From positions 32,001 through 96,000 of the forward strand of contig CBDBGZ010000007.1 in NCBI GenBank assembly GCA_965205425.1: a DNA stretch of 64,000 nucleotides, given 5' to 3'. The notes under the pieces are model-generated. The model searched no databases and was not told where the DNA came from. It worked only from the letters and a program-made list of their open reading frames with translations. Source of the DNA: Nitrosopumilus sp. Lineage in GTDB: Archaea; Thermoproteota; Nitrososphaeria; Nitrososphaerales; Nitrosopumilaceae. This document shows, piece after piece, positions 42,470 through 53,221 of the stretch (position 1 is the first letter of the stretch; the number at the start of each line of letters is the position of its first letter). The position numbers and the translations under genes were made by a program.

Positions 42470-42799
42470 CTATTTCAATTGTTCATCAAGAAAATCTATC
42501 ATTTCCAAAAAGCGATCTTTACTTTTTCTCAATAATTCTTGAGGATACTCTTCAATTGTAAATACAAATTGTTGGTGAAAACTAGGAACTAGAATTCCTC
42601 CTGATGTTACCATCTGCTCAATAACATATCCTTTGGTGAGTGTACACACAATCTCTTCATAGGATTCTTCCTCTTCTTCTAGAGTTTGTCTGTACAGAAC
42701 AATTGGTCTGTTTGTTTTTGTAACAATGTTTGAGCCTTTTTCTAACAGATCCGACAAATGCTGAATTTGCCACGCATCAAGACTAATCTGTTTTACCAT
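42470..42799 (-). CDS. Hypothetical protein
   Basis: 109-aa ORF co-oriented with its neighbours. Confidence 0.7.
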   Translation of the reverse strand: MVKQISLDAWQIQHLSDLLEKGSNIVTKTNRPIVLYRQTLEEEEESYEEIVCTLTKGYVIEQMVTSGGILVPSFHQQFVFTIEEYPQELLRKSKDRFLEMIDFLDEQLK

Positions 42800-42913
42800 G
42801 ATATCAATACGTGATTTTTCTATTTAACCGTGATAAAACAACGCATCTTCACAACTTGTCGTCAATAAAGTCACTTTAATTGAGATTGTAAAATAAAGAA
42901 AATGATTTGGCAC

Positions 42914-43498
42914 TTATGCCATATCTAGTACTCTAGAATGTTTTCCAGTGTGTGGTCTTTCACCAGAATATTTTCTTCGCATGTGTCCTGATGGTCTTCC
43001 ATAGATTAACTCTAGGAACCAAGACTCGTGCTCGATCTCTTCAGCTAGGATATCTTTTGCAATATCATATGTTACTGGATCTTTTCCAAATGTCATCTGA
43101 CAAATTTTATTCCAGTTGACAATTGCACCCTGCTCTGCTTTGAGACATTTTTCTAGAATCTCTTTGTGATCTGTTGGATTTGATGGAAGCTGTAGGAATT
43201 CACAACCTGAAATTTTGATAAATTCAGTTGCATCATTTGGGAGAATTCCTCCTAATTGGTAGATTCTCTCAAGGCATGATTCAAAGTGGCTAAGATCCTC
43301 TAATCTTGCATCTTCAATAATTCCTTTGAGTCCTTCTCCTTCCATGCCTGTACAATGTGCTCTGAGGTTGGTAAAGTAATAGTATGCAGTAAATTCCACT
43401 GCTGCATTTTTGATTAATTCTTTTACCAATTCATCGACATCTAGGCCATTTTGTTTTAGAACGTTAATTCCAACAACGTTTGGGTTTGATTCGGACAT
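42914..43498 (-). CDS. dps: DPS-like ferritin-family DNA protection protein
   Basis: EFTAYYY, EDARLEDLSHFE, EEIEHESWF, GRPSGH. Confidence 0.88.
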   Translation of the reverse strand: MSESNPNVVGINVLKQNGLDVDELVKELIKNAAVEFTAYYYFTNLRAHCTGMEGEGLKGIIEDARLEDLSHFESCLERIYQLGGILPNDATEFIKISGCEFLQLPSNPTDHKEILEKCLKAEQGAIVNWNKICQMTFGKDPVTYDIAKDILAEEIEHESWFLELIYGRPSGHMRRKYSGERPHTGKHSRVLDMA

Positions 43499-43550
43499 TT
43501 GCTTATGGACTTTGTGATTCTAATAAAAATATTACATTCATTTTCAAAAT

Positions 43551-46500
43551 CTATTCTACAGAAATCTTGATTTTCTGGCCATCAATGTCGTCTTCTTTGT
43601 ATTCTTTACACGTTTTTTCAAAGTTGACTTGTTTTACTCTGACCAAAAATGCCAACTCTTTTGCCTTTTCTTTCATCATTTCAAGTGATTCTTCATCTAG
43701 TTCCAAAATTGATGCCACCTCTAACACATCAGTTGGTGTGTATCCTCTTTCTTTTCTAAGTGTTTGAAGTCTTCTTGCAATGTCTTTTACCAATCCTTTT
43801 GCCATCATCTCTTTGTTTCTGGCAGTTGAAATCAGTACAATGTAATTGTCTCTTTTTGCAACTGCAAAATCCTCACTTGCATCAAAGTCAATTATGAAAT
43901 CTTCATTATCTAATGAAATTATTTCTCCATCAATAGTAAAATCATATTTTCCATCTTTTTGTAATGCTGAAATTATTTCTTCAGGATTTGTTTCATTAAA
44001 TGTTGAAACTAGTTTTCCCATGTGCTGTTTTGCTTTTGGTCCTATTCTTTTTCTTTCTAATTCTATCACTCCTTTGACTGGTAATCCTAATTGTTTTAAT
44101 TCTAAAACTTGTTCTAATCCTGACTCTGTTTCTGTTTCTGTAATGCTGAACTTTTCTACGTTAAGCTGGGATTGTAATAGTTCTGATAGGGATTCGAGTT
44201 TTACTTTTTGACCTTTCTTCACACAAATCTGCGCTTCATTTAATGGCCATCTCCTCTTTAGCTTCCCCTTCATTCTTGCTGCAGATGATATTGATATAAC
44301 ATCTTTCATTATATCAAATGATTCTTCAATCTCTTCATTGACTAGTGATTCTTGATATGATGGCCATTTGTTTAATAGTATGCTCTGCTTTCCTGAGAAT
44401 ACTGTTTGATACAGATGCTCACTAGTAAATGGACAAAATGGATGAATCAAAATATCTAGTGTTTTGAGGACTTCACTTAACACTGCATAGATTGATAATC
44501 TTCTGTTCTTCTTTGCTTCATCCTCATCCCACAATTCCCCTCGTGTAATTGGAATGTAGATTTGGCTTAGATTGTTAATTATGAAATCATCAATTGCTTT
44601 TGCACCTTCATGGAATTTACATGTCTGATTTTTCTCAGTTAGTGTTTGAATTAATTTTTGAAGCTTTGATAGTAGCCAGATATCTGGATATGTAAGTAAA
44701 TCGTTTTGTTTTGCCCATTCAATGGTGTTTGATTTATCAAAATTATCGTATTGACTATTTTGCTGAAAATACAGATGTAAATTGAATAGTGTATTGATTA
44801 CCTGATATGGTCTTGACATGAGTTCATCAGTACTGAAACTTAGTGGCTCAATTGGACTTGCTTTCCACATAAAGTAGAATCGTATCAAATCTACTGGATA
44901 TTTTTGTAATAGTTCTGCCCCTTCCAAAACATTTCCTTTACTTTTACTCATCTTTCCACCTTTCTCATCTAACACATGTCCCTGGAACAAAAATGCCTTG
45001 TAGGGCGGAGTTGCAGAGTTGTTTAAAATCACATTTTCAATTAGTAATGTATATGCCCATCCTCTAGTCTGGTCAATTCCTTCTGTGAAAAATGGTGCAG
45101 GAATTTCATTAGAATATTCTTCATCAGTTAATGATGCATATGGTGCAGACCCACTGTTGTGCCATGTGTCTAGAACATATTCTTCTCTCTTTGTGTTGAC
45201 TCCGTTACATTTTTTGCATTTTATTGTAATGTTGTCAATCCATGGTCTATGTAGTTCAAAGTCTGGACCGTCTGGTAATTTGTCAGCTGATGCTACAATA
45301 TCTTTTCTTGTAAAGAACCAATTTTTCTCACCACAATCTTCACAATTCCAAACCGGTAGTGGGCATCCCCAAATCCTTTCTCTGGAAATACACCATGGGT
45401 GTCTTTCTTTGATAATTCCCAAAAATCTGTTTTTTGGCTGTTCAAAAAAATACTCTACATTTTCTGCCGCATCAATTGCTTTGTTTTCTAGTCTGTCTAA
45501 TTTGTAAAACCATCCTCTTCTTGCAAGCCACACAATTGGGTGATGTGACCTCCAGCAAAGTGGGTATTTGTGCTTGATTTTACCAATTTTTACTAGGGCA
45601 TTGTGCTCCTTTAGATCCTCTACAATTGGTCTGTCTGCATCTCTGACAAACATCCCTTGGTATTTTCCGGCCTTGTCTGTAAATTTCACCTCATCATTGA
45701 TTGGGCTGAAAATTTTGACCTTTCTTTTATTTGCAATTTTGATATCTTCCTCTCCGTTTGCAGGTGACAGATGTACTAGTCCACTTCCGGTACTTGCATC
45801 AACAAATGTTTCTGATACTGCAACATGATAATTTTCCAATTTTGAAATTTCATTTAACTCTGGAATTAAATCTAATAATGGATGGATGTATTTTTTTCCT
45901 TCAAACTCTGAACCTTTTGACGTTTTCTCAATGGTATATTTTTCAATTTTTAACTCAACCATTAATTCTTCTAATCTTGTTTTTCCAATCACCCATGTCT
46001 CATTTTCCACTTTAACATATGCATATTCTTCTTCTGGTTGTAGTCCTACCATTGCATCAGTAACTAGTGTAAATGGCATTGTAGTCCATACTATCAAAAA
46101 TGCATCTTCGTTGACTAGTTTTACTTTATAGTACAATGATGGATCTTTGACTTCTTCATATCCTTGATTTACTTCGGCATGACTAAGTGATGTTTGACAA
46201 CTAGGACAGTATGCAATTACTGTGAAATCTTCTTCTAGAATTTTATTTTCATATGCTTTTTTAAGTACTTGCCATTCTCTTTCAATAAATTCATCTCTAA
46301 AAGTCCAATATGCTTTTTCATGATTAAATGACATTCCAAGTAAATCATCAACTTCTATCCATGTCTTGTTGAATTTCTCTACAACTTTTTTACATTCAGA
46401 GACAATCCTCTCCACTCCAAATTCCTTGATGGCCTCAGTTTTTCCTCCTGACACTCCAAGCTCTTTTTCTACCTGCAATTCCACTGGGAGTCCTTGTGTG

Positions 46501-46748
46501 TCCCATCCTCCGTTGAATTCGATTTTTTTTCCTTGTAGTGTATTGAATCTATACCACAAATCTTTGATTACTCTACCTCTAAGATGCCCTGCGTGTGGAA
46601 TACCATTCATTGTAGGTGGTCCTTCGATAAATCGAATTTTTTCAGGTTTGTCTGATGCAAAAATCTGTTTTTCTAAATCAATGGATTTTATGTATTCTTT
46701 AACTTGAGATTCTATTGCTTTGGCATCAAATTTGGTGGATAGTTCCAT
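43551..46748 (-). CDS. ileS: Isoleucine--tRNA ligase
   Basis: EGPP..NG.PHAGH, WTTMP, EGIDQTRGW, KMSKS. Confidence 0.96.
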   Translation of the reverse strand: MELSTKFDAKAIESQVKEYIKSIDLEKQIFASDKPEKIRFIEGPPTMNGIPHAGHLRGRVIKDLWYRFNTLQGKKIEFNGGWDTQGLPVELQVEKELGVSGGKTEAIKEFGVERIVSECKKVVEKFNKTWIEVDDLLGMSFNHEKAYWTFRDEFIEREWQVLKKAYENKILEEDFTVIAYCPSCQTSLSHAEVNQGYEEVKDPSLYYKVKLVNEDAFLIVWTTMPFTLVTDAMVGLQPEEEYAYVKVENETWVIGKTRLEELMVELKIEKYTIEKTSKGSEFEGKKYIHPLLDLIPELNEISKLENYHVAVSETFVDASTGSGLVHLSPANGEEDIKIANKRKVKIFSPINDEVKFTDKAGKYQGMFVRDADRPIVEDLKEHNALVKIGKIKHKYPLCWRSHHPIVWLARRGWFYKLDRLENKAIDAAENVEYFFEQPKNRFLGIIKERHPWCISRERIWGCPLPVWNCEDCGEKNWFFTRKDIVASADKLPDGPDFELHRPWIDNITIKCKKCNGVNTKREEYVLDTWHNSGSAPYASLTDEEYSNEIPAPFFTEGIDQTRGWAYTLLIENVILNNSATPPYKAFLFQGHVLDEKGGKMSKSKGNVLEGAELLQKYPVDLIRFYFMWKASPIEPLSFSTDELMSRPYQVINTLFNLHLYFQQNSQYDNFDKSNTIEWAKQNDLLTYPDIWLLSKLQKLIQTLTEKNQTCKFHEGAKAIDDFIINNLSQIYIPITRGELWDEDEAKKNRRLSIYAVLSEVLKTLDILIHPFCPFTSEHLYQTVFSGKQSILLNKWPSYQESLVNEEIEESFDIMKDVISISSAARMKGKLKRRWPLNEAQICVKKGQKVKLESLSELLQSQLNVEKFSITETETESGLEQVLELKQLGLPVKGVIELERKRIGPKAKQHMGKLVSTFNETNPEEIISALQKDGKYDFTIDGEIISLDNEDFIIDFDASEDFAVAKRDNYIVLISTARNKEMMAKGLVKDIARRLQTLRKERGYTPTDVLEVASILELDEESLEMMKEKAKELAFLVRVKQVNFEKTCKEYKEDDIDGQKIKISVE

Positions 46749-46829
46749 CTTGAATTCCGGTATGTTTGTGGCATTATAAAGCTAAATTGATTTTTTGAGA
46801 CTTGGATTATATAATTAGGTAAAAGATAA

Positions 46830-48089
<1,260 letters not shown>

Positions 48090-48099
<10 letters not shown>

Positions 48100-48653
48100 G
48101 TCTGTATCATATTATCTTCAGTAACAATCCAATCTATTGGGATGTCATGTTCTGACTTTGGAATATTTTTAATAATCTGTTTTTCATATGTGAGCGAAAT
48201 TGTAGTCGTTTTATTTTCAGCTAAAAATTTATCGTAAAATCCATGACCGTATCCAAGTCTAATTCCTAATGGGGATATTCCTACAGTTGGAACTAAAATC
48301 ACATCTAGACTGTTATCTGCTGGACAGTCATCTTTAGGCTCCATAATGTCAAAACTTCCTTGTTCTAGGCTCGAAAAATCAACAATTTTTCTAAATTCCA
48401 TTTTCTCTCCGATAACTTTGGGGAGAAAAACATCTTTTCCTTGACTGATTAATTCTTGAATAATATCTTGTGTGAATACCTCGCTTCCAATTGGATAGTA
48501 CACTCCGATTTTTTGAGCATTTTTGAAGGCAAAAACTTTCTTTAATTTTTTTTGTATTTTACTACTTACAATCTTCATTAAATCAAAAGATGTATTGTCT
48601 CTTTGTTCTAAAAGACGATTTCGAAGTGATTCTTTTTCAGGATTATCTTCCAA
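48090..48653 (-). CDS. 5-formyltetrahydrofolate cyclo-ligase
   Basis: RLGYGHGFYD, HDIPIDWIVTE. Confidence 0.92.
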
Positions 48654-49506
48654 TTTGACTACTCAATGATGCTGCTGTGATGGTATTTTTTAATAGCATG
48701 GCAACTGTCATGGGTCCAACTCCCCCTGGAACTGGTGTTGCAAAAGATGCTTTTTGAATGATATCTTCATAATCTGAATCACCTAATAGTTTTTCTTCAA
48801 ATCTTGAAATTGCAACATCGATAACTATTGCTCCTTCTTTGATCATATCTGATGTTAATCTGAATTTGGTTCTATCCCCCACTGCTGTAATTATGATATC
48901 AGCTGCTTGACAAAGTTTTGTCAGGTTCTTTGTTTTGGAATGGCATGTAAGTACAGTTGCATTTTTTTCTAACAGTAAATGGTATAGTGGTTTTCCAACC
49001 AAGTTGCTTCTGTTAATTAGTACGATATTTTTCCCTTCCAAATCAATTCCATGATAATCAAACATCTCCATTACCCCTGATGGCGTACATGCAACTAGTG
49101 CTGCTTTTTTCATTGCCAGCAATCCTGCATTATGTGGGGTTAGGCCATCTACATCTTTGATTGGTGATATTCTTGAGGTAGTGGCAAATTCATCTAATTG
49201 GGTTGGTAATGGTAATTGGACTAGAATTCCATGAACTGTACTGTCTGAGTTTAATTCCTCGATAATTTTTGTTAATTCTGGCTGTGTGATATTTGCATCT
49301 AGTTTGTGGTCTTTGGTTGCAATTCCAACTTCTTCACAGGCCTTGTGTTTGTTTTTGACATATGTGGCAGATGCTGGATTATCTCCAATTAACACTGTGG
49401 CTAGGCATGGATTGATGCCTTGTTTTTTTAGTTCTGCTGCTGCCTGTTTGACTCTATCTTTAACTGATTGAGCAATAATCTTCCCATCAATTCTAACTCC
49501 TGTCAT
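48643..49506 (-). CDS. folD: Methylenetetrahydrofolate dehydrogenase/cyclohydrolase
   Basis: HGILVQLPLP, KDVDG, TPVPGGVGPMT. Confidence 0.96.
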   Translation of the reverse strand: MTGVRIDGKIIAQSVKDRVKQAAAELKKQGINPCLATVLIGDNPASATYVKNKHKACEEVGIATKDHKLDANITQPELTKIIEELNSDSTVHGILVQLPLPTQLDEFATTSRISPIKDVDGLTPHNAGLLAMKKAALVACTPSGVMEMFDYHGIDLEGKNIVLINRSNLVGKPLYHLLLEKNATVLTCHSKTKNLTKLCQAADIIITAVGDRTKFRLTSDMIKEGAIVIDVAISRFEEKLLGDSDYEDIIQKASFATPVPGGVGPMTVAMLLKNTITAASLSSQIGR

Positions 49507-49599
49507 GACTCTGTTTTTGATTTGTAGATATTTAATTCTTGGAATTTTTTGATGAAAATCTGGGAAAAGAAATTAAATGGTTATTTTTCTAGTCATATC

Positions 49600-49884
49600 A
49601 TGTTTGTAATGATTGCCGATATCACTATCAAAGAGGGAGCCGAAGAGGACTTCAAATCTTGGTTTGCAGAATCAAACAAAGTACTATGTAACTTTCCTGG
49701 ATTCATTTCAAGAAAATTCCTAAAATCTTCTGATGGCAGTTATCGAATTCTAGTAGAGCATGAAAGTAAAGAGACCTTTGTCAAAATGCATCAAAGTCCT
49801 GAACATGAAAAAGTTCATCCAACTGGGCATTCTTTTATGAGTTCAGATCCTCAGAGAAAAACATACACTGTAGCTGCTGAGTGA
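49600..49884 (+). CDS. Antibiotic biosynthesis monooxygenase-family protein
   Basis: MFV..A.I.IK.G.EEDF...PGFIS...SPEH pattern. Confidence 0.7.
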   Translation: MFVMIADITIKEGAEEDFKSWFAESNKVLCNFPGFISRKFLKSSDGSYRILVEHESKETFVKMHQSPEHEKVHPTGHSFMSSDPQRKTYTVAAE

Positions 49885-50201
49885 TATTGAAGCTAGATTA
49901 TGATTTAGATGCATATCTTGAGAAAATAAAAAATAGTAATTCATATTTTCATACTTTTATCAACAAATCTAGTTTAGCTACTGGAGTACTGGTTTTAAAA
50001 CCTGGAGAGGAAGATACACAAACTCCTCATGATAGTGATGAGGTATATTATGTGATTTCAGGTAATGGCTTTTTGAAAATCAAAGACAAAGATTACAAGA
50101 TTTCAAAAGGTAAACTGTTCTTTGTAGCAAAAGATGTCGGGCACTATTTTCATGGAAATACAAAAGAATTACAGGTCTTGTATTTTTTTGGGTGGTCCTG
50201 A
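49881..50201 (+). CDS. Cupin-domain protein
   Basis: QTPHDSDEVYYVISG...H.F. Confidence 0.85.
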   Translation: MILKLDYDLDAYLEKIKNSNSYFHTFINKSSLATGVLVLKPGEEDTQTPHDSDEVYYVISGNGFLKIKDKDYKISKGKLFFVAKDVGHYFHGNTKELQVLYFFGWS

Positions 50202-50204
50202 TTC

Positions 50205-50822
50205 TTAACTGATTATTGTCCTTCTTCCTGAAACTTTGATTTTCTTTCTTGCAAAAAGATTGACAGCTTCAGGATAAATTCTATGTTCTTCTTTTAATAT
50301 TCTTTTTGATAGTGATTGTTCTGTATCTTTTTCACTGACTTTGACTGTTGCCTGAATTATTACAGGACCTGTATCCATTCCTGCATCTACAAAGTGTACT
50401 GTACATCCTGAATATTTGGCACCATATTCTATTGCTTGTTTCTGTGAATCCAATCCTGGAAATGCTGGAAGTAATGCTGGATGAATATTGATTATTTTAT
50501 TTTTGTATTTTTTTACAAATTCTGGACTGATAATTCTCATAAATCCTGCCAGACATACTAGGCCATTTTTTGGAGTAACCCCGTACTTTGCTAGTATGGC
50601 AATTATTTTTTTGTCATATTCTGCTCTGGTTCCTTTGAAGCCTTTGCTTTCAATTATTTCTATGTTGACTCCTAGTTTTTGAGCAATTCTTAATCCCTTG
50701 ACATCTGGTTTGTTTGAGATTACTATTGCTGGATTAATTGGGATCTTTTTTTTCTTTATTGTCTTTAGGATTGATTCCATGTTACTTCCCCTGCCTGAGA
50801 TTAAAATTCCTAGATTTAGCAA
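50205..50822 (-). CDS. purN: Phosphoribosylglycinamide formyltransferase
   Basis: ISGRGSNM, LAGFMRI, NIHPALLP, GCTVHFV..GMDTGP. Confidence 0.96.
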   Translation of the reverse strand: MLNLGILISGRGSNMESILKTIKKKKIPINPAIVISNKPDVKGLRIAQKLGVNIEIIESKGFKGTRAEYDKKIIAILAKYGVTPKNGLVCLAGFMRIISPEFVKKYKNKIINIHPALLPAFPGLDSQKQAIEYGAKYSGCTVHFVDAGMDTGPVIIQATVKVSEKDTEQSLSKRILKEEHRIYPEAVNLFARKKIKVSGRRTIIS

Positions 50823-51042
50823 CTAATTGTTGATGAACAAGCCTGCAATTAATTCTAACTGTGATTGAATCGACTGGATTTTGTAGATTAACTCTGTTTT
50901 TTTGACATTTGAGACTTTGTATTGTTTGTGAGAATGAGATTAGATTCAGGTGATTGGGTATATGCTGCCCCTAGATTATTATGGAATAATTTTCAATAAT
51001 TCTAGATGGACTTTGTATCCTTTGCAAAAACAATTCACATGG

Positions 51043-52081
51043 ATAATTCTTGTTCCTTTCTCTGACATCTTTCTTGCATATGCCTTTACAGGGGTCTCAA
51101 GATTATCCCAGTCAAGTGACATGTGTGGCTTTATGTGATTGTACCAGTGGACCAGCTCATCAATGGTGCCAAACCATTTCTGCTTTCTCTGAATCTCGCC
51201 GTGAAATCTTTCTAACTTTCCATTTGTCTGTGGATGATTCACTCTTGCCATGATATGTTTTATTCCAAGTCTAACCAGTTCTTGCTCAAACTGTGATGCT
51301 CCTTTTCTCTTGTATTCTGATTGGTTTGCATAAAACTGGGAGCCATGATCAGTTAGAATTGATGCAGGCCTACCGTGCTTTGCAATTGCCTCATGTAATA
51401 CCACAAGTGCGTTATCTGTTGTTGCCTCTGCAAACACTCCATGAGAAACGATAAACCTTGATGCGTCATCCTGGTAGCATAAGAACCATCTGCCATCATC
51501 TAGCTTCTTCCAGTCAGTATGCCACATGGAGTTTGAATATGTCCTCTCGTATCTAACCCACTTTCGTCTTCTCCTCTTCTTTGGCTGAGCTTCTGCCAAC
51601 CCTTCATCTCTCATAATTTTATGTATGGTATTGTGAGGTATGTGTGAGAACACCTCGTGGATTTATTTTTCAAACAAGAACTCATAATTTTATGTATGGT
51701 ATTGTGAGGTATGTGTGTTCCAGTAGTATCAATTATTTTCTCCAAGAATACTGCAGAACACCTGAACTTTTCAAATGTAGACTGGACAGTCTGCACCATC
51801 TGCTCTGTGATTATTCCCTTTGGCCTTCCAGGCTTGCCTAGAATCGGAACTGCACCAGTACGGCGATACCGTGAGTAGAGTTTCTGCACCCACCGAACAG
51901 ATATCTTCATGGATGAGGCTACGTCTGCGTTCTTGGCACCAATCCTCTTTTGACTTGATTATCCAGGATATCTGGATTGGATCTAACTTTTGCATAATCT
52001 TGTGATTCTTTCCTCTTTTCCAAACGTATCTTGACTTTAGTCTGGAAATAATGGGGTGAACTAATTTGAGGATAATAGACA
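51043..52081 (-). mobile_element. IS481-family element, copy 2, decayed (3' truncation, 71-bp insertion, +1 frameshift near 51941)
   Basis: Near-identical to 29299-30181 plus 31193-31284; transposase split over three ORFs. Confidence 0.9.
51610..51717. repeat. Exact 37-bp direct repeat flanking a 34-bp insert (repeat-spacer-repeat)
   Basis: ctcataattttatgtatggtattgtgaggtatgtgtg at 51610-51646 and 51681-51717; single copy at 29866-29902 in IS copy 1. Confidence 0.95.
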
Positions 52082-52094
52082 GAACCCCCATTTC

Positions 52095-53120
52095 GGGTGT
52101 GTCCTAAAAGTAGACAAATATAACAATTTTATTCAATTCTGTAACATATTGATCGCATGGAATCACAACAACTATGCAAAACAAATCAAAAAGAGACTGG
52201 CAAGTATATGGCACATATCGCAAGGATGAGGAGATTCTATTCTTGGAAAAAGTAAAGAAGACAGTTTGGAGTATGGATACACCATGGGAACCAAAGACAG
52301 GCGGACGTCCTGCATTTCCAACAAAAGCAAAGATAATGTGTGCAATGCTAAAGGTAAAGTTTGGATTGGATTATCGTTCCATGGAGTCCCACTTGAGATC
52401 AAGGCCGGATCTGTTGGAAATAATGGAGCTCAAAAAAGCACCAAGCAAGACTGTCATTAATGACAGTCTAAAAAGAATTCCAATGCCTTATTTGAAAAAG
52501 GTAAACGCAAAACTCACAGAACCAATCAAAAAAAAGACATAGCTCCTGACAGTTCAGGATTTGGTACCAAAAGATGTGAGGCTTGGTTTGACATCAAGAC
52601 AAACACGCACAAATCCAAGAAATTATATCTAAAACTGCACATCCTAATTGCAATACAGTCCATGGCAATAGTATCTTTTGACATTACTAAAGGAACTCGT
52701 GGTGATGCACCAATTCTCAAAAAACTAATCAAAGACATTCCAAAGGGAATTGGTGATTTTTGTGCAGATCCTGCATATTTGTCACGAGACATTTGCAATA
52801 TGGTAGCTACTCTGCAAAAGATACCATACATCAAACCAAAGAAGAACACAGTTAGAAATCCCAAAGGCTCTGCATCATGGAAAAAAATGATAACATTATT
52901 CCAGGACAATCAAGATGAATTTGACAGACATTATCACAAGAGGTCACTTGTTGAATCAGTATTTGCAGTACTCAAAAGAATCTTTGGAAATAGCTTGTCA
53001 TCAAAAAACAAGTTGGTTCAAAGAAAAGAGTTGGCGTTGCGTGTAATTTGTTACAACATACGAGTTGTTAATTTGATGGGGGTTACAAAACATGTTAGAG
53101 GATAGTTTTAGGACACACCC
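52095..53120 (+). mobile_element. IS5-family-like element; transposase 52174-53105 split at an A8G run
   Basis: 18-bp IRs GGGTGTGTCCTAAAAGTA (17/18); 9-bp TSD ccccatttc at 52086-52094 and 53121-53129; DSSGF, ADPAY, YHKRSLVE. Confidence 0.92.
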
Positions 53121-53175
53121 CCCCATTTCAATATATTTAATAATGCCAATTCATTCAGGTTTGTGAATAGAATAT

Positions 53176-53185
53176 GGGGGGGGGG
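53176..53185 (+). promoter_or_regulatory. G10 homopolymer upstream of the giant surface-protein gene (candidate contingency tract)
   Basis: G10 between an AT-rich TATA-like motif (~53133-53143) and the TTG at 53222. Confidence 0.4.
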
Positions 53186-53221
53186 CTTGATTAATCTTGA
53201 TTGTATTGTGTGGGGTAATTA

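Noticed and set aside
50180..50208. Cupin ending FFGWS* where removing one G would give FFGGPDS*
   Set aside because: Only the last few residues change and it may be a sequencing indel. It does count as a caution for the purD frameshift.
50934..51048. Possible gene remnant MRLDSGDWVYAAPRLLWNNFQ*F*MDFVSFAKTIHMDN next to the truncated IS481
   Set aside because: Too short and stop-interrupted to assign without a homology search.
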